Assembly: GCA_964631415.1 (NCBI GenBank)
Contig: CAZVZC010000016.1
Location: 1-39,724, forward strand
Direction of reading: 5' to 3'
Length of the DNA: 39,724 nt
Origin: an uncultured archaeon
GTDB lineage: Archaea; Asgardarchaeota; Thorarchaeia; Thorarchaeales; Thorarchaeaceae
The notes beneath the pieces are model-generated. The model saw nothing but the letters and a program-made list of their open reading frames with translations, did not search any database and was not told where the DNA came from. This document shows, piece by piece, positions 37,047 to 39,724 of the stretch (its first letter is position 1; every line of letters begins with the position of its first letter). The translations under genes were made by a program, and so were the position numbers.

Positions 37047-37552
37047 TGGGGTTTTGGAACGGAGGGTCCTCTTGCGCGCTTCGGCTCAATCGGGCAATAC
37101 AGGTCCAAGACGAGTTCTGACTCTGAGGCATCAGGATCATGGACACCCTCCAACATCTGATGCTTGCCGAACTTGTACTTGGTTGATTCTACCCACTTCG
37201 CGAGCATTCCCCAAGCTTGTGGGATACCCTCTAACTTACACTCCTTGACGTCACATGTGGTGACTGCATAGAGTCCTCCACTGAACTCCTTTGCCTGTAT
37301 CGCTCCTTCAACCTTGGTGTCCTCTCCAATGCGAACCCAAAACTCATACCCATACTCCTTCCTATCTGGGGATGGATCGGGGTTGTTGAATCCAAACACC
37401 GGGTGTTCTTGGATGTCACCAAGCAAGATCCTTGGCTCTGCCCACCCCCGCATTATGTTCCAAGCATCGCGCTCAGGAGTTTCGCTGACAACCCGGACGC
37501 TAGCTACCCGCATTGGCTCGAGCTTCGCGATTCTGACCTGCAGTTCCTTCAT
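37043..37552 (-). CDS. GyrI-like small-molecule-binding protein
   Basis: VRIAKLEPMRVAS, FGFNNPDP, YEFW, GGLYAV and LDLYCPI. Confidence 0.85.
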   Translation of the reverse strand: MKELQVRIAKLEPMRVASVRVVSETPERDAWNIMRGWAEPRILLGDIQEHPVFGFNNPDPSPDRKEYGYEFWVRIGEDTKVEGAIQAKEFSGGLYAVTTCDVKECKLEGIPQAWGMLAKWVESTKYKFGKHQMLEGVHDPDASESELVLDLYCPIEPKRARGPSVPKPH

Positions 37553-37697
37553 GTAGTTCTCCCTGCGTCCAGTGCGAATCCAGCAAATAGACACAAAACC
37601 CCTCTCTATAAACTTGGCTGACTCCCAGCCAAACCAACATCAATTAGCTATATGAGAGAGATGCGGACAGAAAGAACCAATACTGGGGACAACCTGC

Positions 37698-38336
37698 ATG
37701 AAGAATCCCGACCTTACCGTGGCAGTACTCGCCGGCGGCAACTCCGAGCGCTTCAAGTCTGACAAGGCCCTTGCAATGTTTCGAGGCCGTCCATTGCTCG
37801 CGCATATGATTGGCATCGCCAAGCATATCTCTCCTCAGACTCTGATCGTGGTTTCGAGCGATCAGCAGGCAGACAGTCTCAAGGGCGTAGTCGGCGAGAA
37901 TGAGGTGGCCGTTGATCCTGATGATGCAGTCAGGTGTGCATTGACCGGGGCCGTCACCGCTTTCGAGTTCTGCAAGACGCGGTATGTGCTGCTGCTACCT
38001 GTAGACACGCCTCTTGCGAATGTACGACTGCTTCAGATGTTGGTTGATCTCAGACAGGGGCATGGAGCTATTGTGCCTTCATGGCCGTCAGGAAATGTGG
38101 AGCCACTTCACTCCGTCTACCTATCGGAGCGTGCATACTCAAGCGGTCTCAAAGTACTAGACCAAGGCAAACACAGAATGCAGGACTTACTAGATGCGTT
38201 GCGCAACGTCTTGTATGTTTCGACGCTCGTGCTCAAGACGATTGACCCAGAACTGAAGACATTCGTCAACTTCAATACTGAAGCCGAACTCCTTCGCTTG
38301 GAAGCAAGTAAGAGCTCGACTGATCGAGCGAATTGA
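37698..38336 (+). CDS. mobA: Molybdenum cofactor guanylyltransferase
   Basis: LAGGNSERFKSDKA, PVDTP, EPLHSVY and FVNFNT. Confidence 0.9.
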   Translation: MKNPDLTVAVLAGGNSERFKSDKALAMFRGRPLLAHMIGIAKHISPQTLIVVSSDQQADSLKGVVGENEVAVDPDDAVRCALTGAVTAFEFCKTRYVLLLPVDTPLANVRLLQMLVDLRQGHGAIVPSWPSGNVEPLHSVYLSERAYSSGLKVLDQGKHRMQDLLDALRNVLYVSTLVLKTIDPELKTFVNFNTEAELLRLEASKSSTDRAN

Positions 38337-38413
38337 CCCGACCGGTTTGCATCAGCAGTTCTCTTTGCCAAACAGACGCACGACTGGGAAATACCCTGCA
38401 AGGGTCGCAGGGA

Positions 38414-39493
38414 TCAAAGACCAAGGTTCTCGTGTCGAATCCTGCAAGTGCCTTCGTGTCCGACCATGCATGGACCGTACGGGTCGTCAGGAACACAACG
38501 CTTGCCGAACAGTAGACACTCGGTCGGGTCAATCATTCCCAGAATGACCTTGTGGCACATACACCCGGGTAAGATGTCCACTGAGTGAGTCGCCGGGATA
38601 TTGAAACGTTTGCGAGAGTCATACTCTGCAAGATTCCCTCGGAGATAGTATGCGGACTTCTTGATGACTCCCAGTCCCCTCCAAGGTCCATCGTCAAGGC
38701 GAAAGGCCTGTTTGAGTGCTTTCTGAGCTTGCACGTTGCCCTCGGGACGCACAGCACGGCTATATTCGTTCTCGGATTCTGCACGCCCTTCTTCGATCTG
38801 AAGTAGTATCATCCGTATCGCTTCGAGGACGTCGAGAGGTTCGAAACCGGCTGCAACGCAAGGAACATGGTGTTTCTTGACTAGAGGCTGGAATGCATTA
38901 GTGCCGATTATCGATGAAACATGCCCAGGCGTTATGAAACCATCAACTGGCGGTCCCTTGATGTTCAGTAGGAGTTCCATCGCTGGTGGAATCGCCTTGA
39001 GAGATGTGAGCATGGAGAAGTTGCTTGGGGGGCCCTTCAGTATCTCGACAGCGAGCGTTGGGGCTGTCGTTTCGAAACCCACACCCAAAAAGATCACCTC
39101 TCGTTCAGGGTTAGTTCGAGCGGTTTCGACCGCTTCATTCACGCCATAGACAACCCGGACATCGGCACCGTTTGTATGTTCCTTCGTGAGAGAAGAGGAC
39201 GTGGACGGAACCCGCATCATGTCGCCGAATGTTGTCACGATATGTCCTTGCTTTGCAAGCTCAACAGCCATGTCAACATCCTCGGCCGCACAGACACAGA
39301 CTGGACACCCCGGACCTGCAACCAGAGTGACGCCCTCCGGCAGAAGTGACCTTAGCCCATGGCGGCTTATCGTGTCTTCATGGGTACCACATACATGTAC
39401 AATCCTGATCTTGCGACCATGAGCGAAACGGCCTATCTCTCTAACGATTGCGTCGGCATATCGAGCGCTTCTGAAGTCACTCTGGTCAATCAT
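38414..39493 (-). CDS. hypD: Hydrogenase maturation protein HypD
   Basis: VCGTHE, GPGCPVC, GFETT, PGHVS and GPCMVGHEGTC. Start likely at MIDQ after GGAG. Confidence 0.96.
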   Translation of the reverse strand: MIDQSDFRSARYADAIVREIGRFAHGRKIRIVHVCGTHEDTISRHGLRSLLPEGVTLVAGPGCPVCVCAAEDVDMAVELAKQGHIVTTFGDMMRVPSTSSSLTKEHTNGADVRVVYGVNEAVETARTNPEREVIFLGVGFETTAPTLAVEILKGPPSNFSMLTSLKAIPPAMELLLNIKGPPVDGFITPGHVSSIIGTNAFQPLVKKHHVPCVAAGFEPLDVLEAIRMILLQIEEGRAESENEYSRAVRPEGNVQAQKALKQAFRLDDGPWRGLGVIKKSAYYLRGNLAEYDSRKRFNIPATHSVDILPGCMCHKVILGMIDPTECLLFGKRCVPDDPYGPCMVGHEGTCRIRHENLGL

Positions 39494-39537
39494 GAGGCTC
39501 CCAAGAGTAGAATGCAGTTCCTGCACATAAAGCTTGC

Positions 39538-39724
39538 AAAGGGTACATGCAACAGCTGCGTAGAAGTCTGACAGTATTGGACGCTCTCGAGTAGGGGCCT
39601 AAATGGCTCGAACCAGACATCTCTTTGAGGCTGATTCGACACGTTCCCGCCTCAAGGAGTACGACCCCAGTGCCGTTTCTGGGAGGACAAAGACTCCTGT
39701 GTCCAACTCTGTCCATCTTACAAT
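39538..39724 (-). repeat. Dispersed repeat copy B, running off the window end
   Basis: Reverse complement of copy A. Confidence 0.93.

Noticed and set aside
39486-39716. ORFs translated from the repeat copies (also 34633-35061 and 27807-28415) as a protein family
   Set aside because: Copies A and B differ by non-synonymous changes and frameshifting indels, so they are not maintained as genes.
1-39724. CRISPR array, rRNA, integrase or transposase
   Set aside because: No regularly spaced repeats, rRNA-like tracts or recombinase/transposase motifs were seen by eye.

Overview
Core-genome segment of an archaeon, most consistent with an Asgard (Thorarchaeia-like) lineage. The evidence is archaeal information-processing genes (two TFBs, Rpo12, aIF1, EndA, GGGPS, archaeal LeuRS), a Roadblock/LC7 protein, a Get3-like ATPase and a eukaryote-type SECIS. 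The main system is selenocysteine recoding, which the ORF track largely misses. A clustered Sec machinery (pstK, tRNA-Sec(UCA) with a 9/4 fold, an unknown gene, sepSecS, selB) lies about 9 kb from a split [NiFeSe] hydrogenase operon (vhuD-G-A-U). Its unannotated 50-aa VhuU carries an in-frame UGA at the Ni-ligand position, and a eukaryote-like AUGA...GA SECIS is built on the gene's own UGA stop codon. Other notable points: aIF1/SUI1 appears to start at CUG; the Cys-type hdrA has a SECIS-shaped hairpin in its leader; a ~190-nt repeat occurs three times, with two copies flanking hdrA-gyrI-mobA-hypD in inverted orientation; there are two probable pseudo-enzymes and two unannotated membrane micro-proteins. 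No CRISPR array, rRNA or intact transposase was seen. All calls come from motif reading by eye, without database searches.
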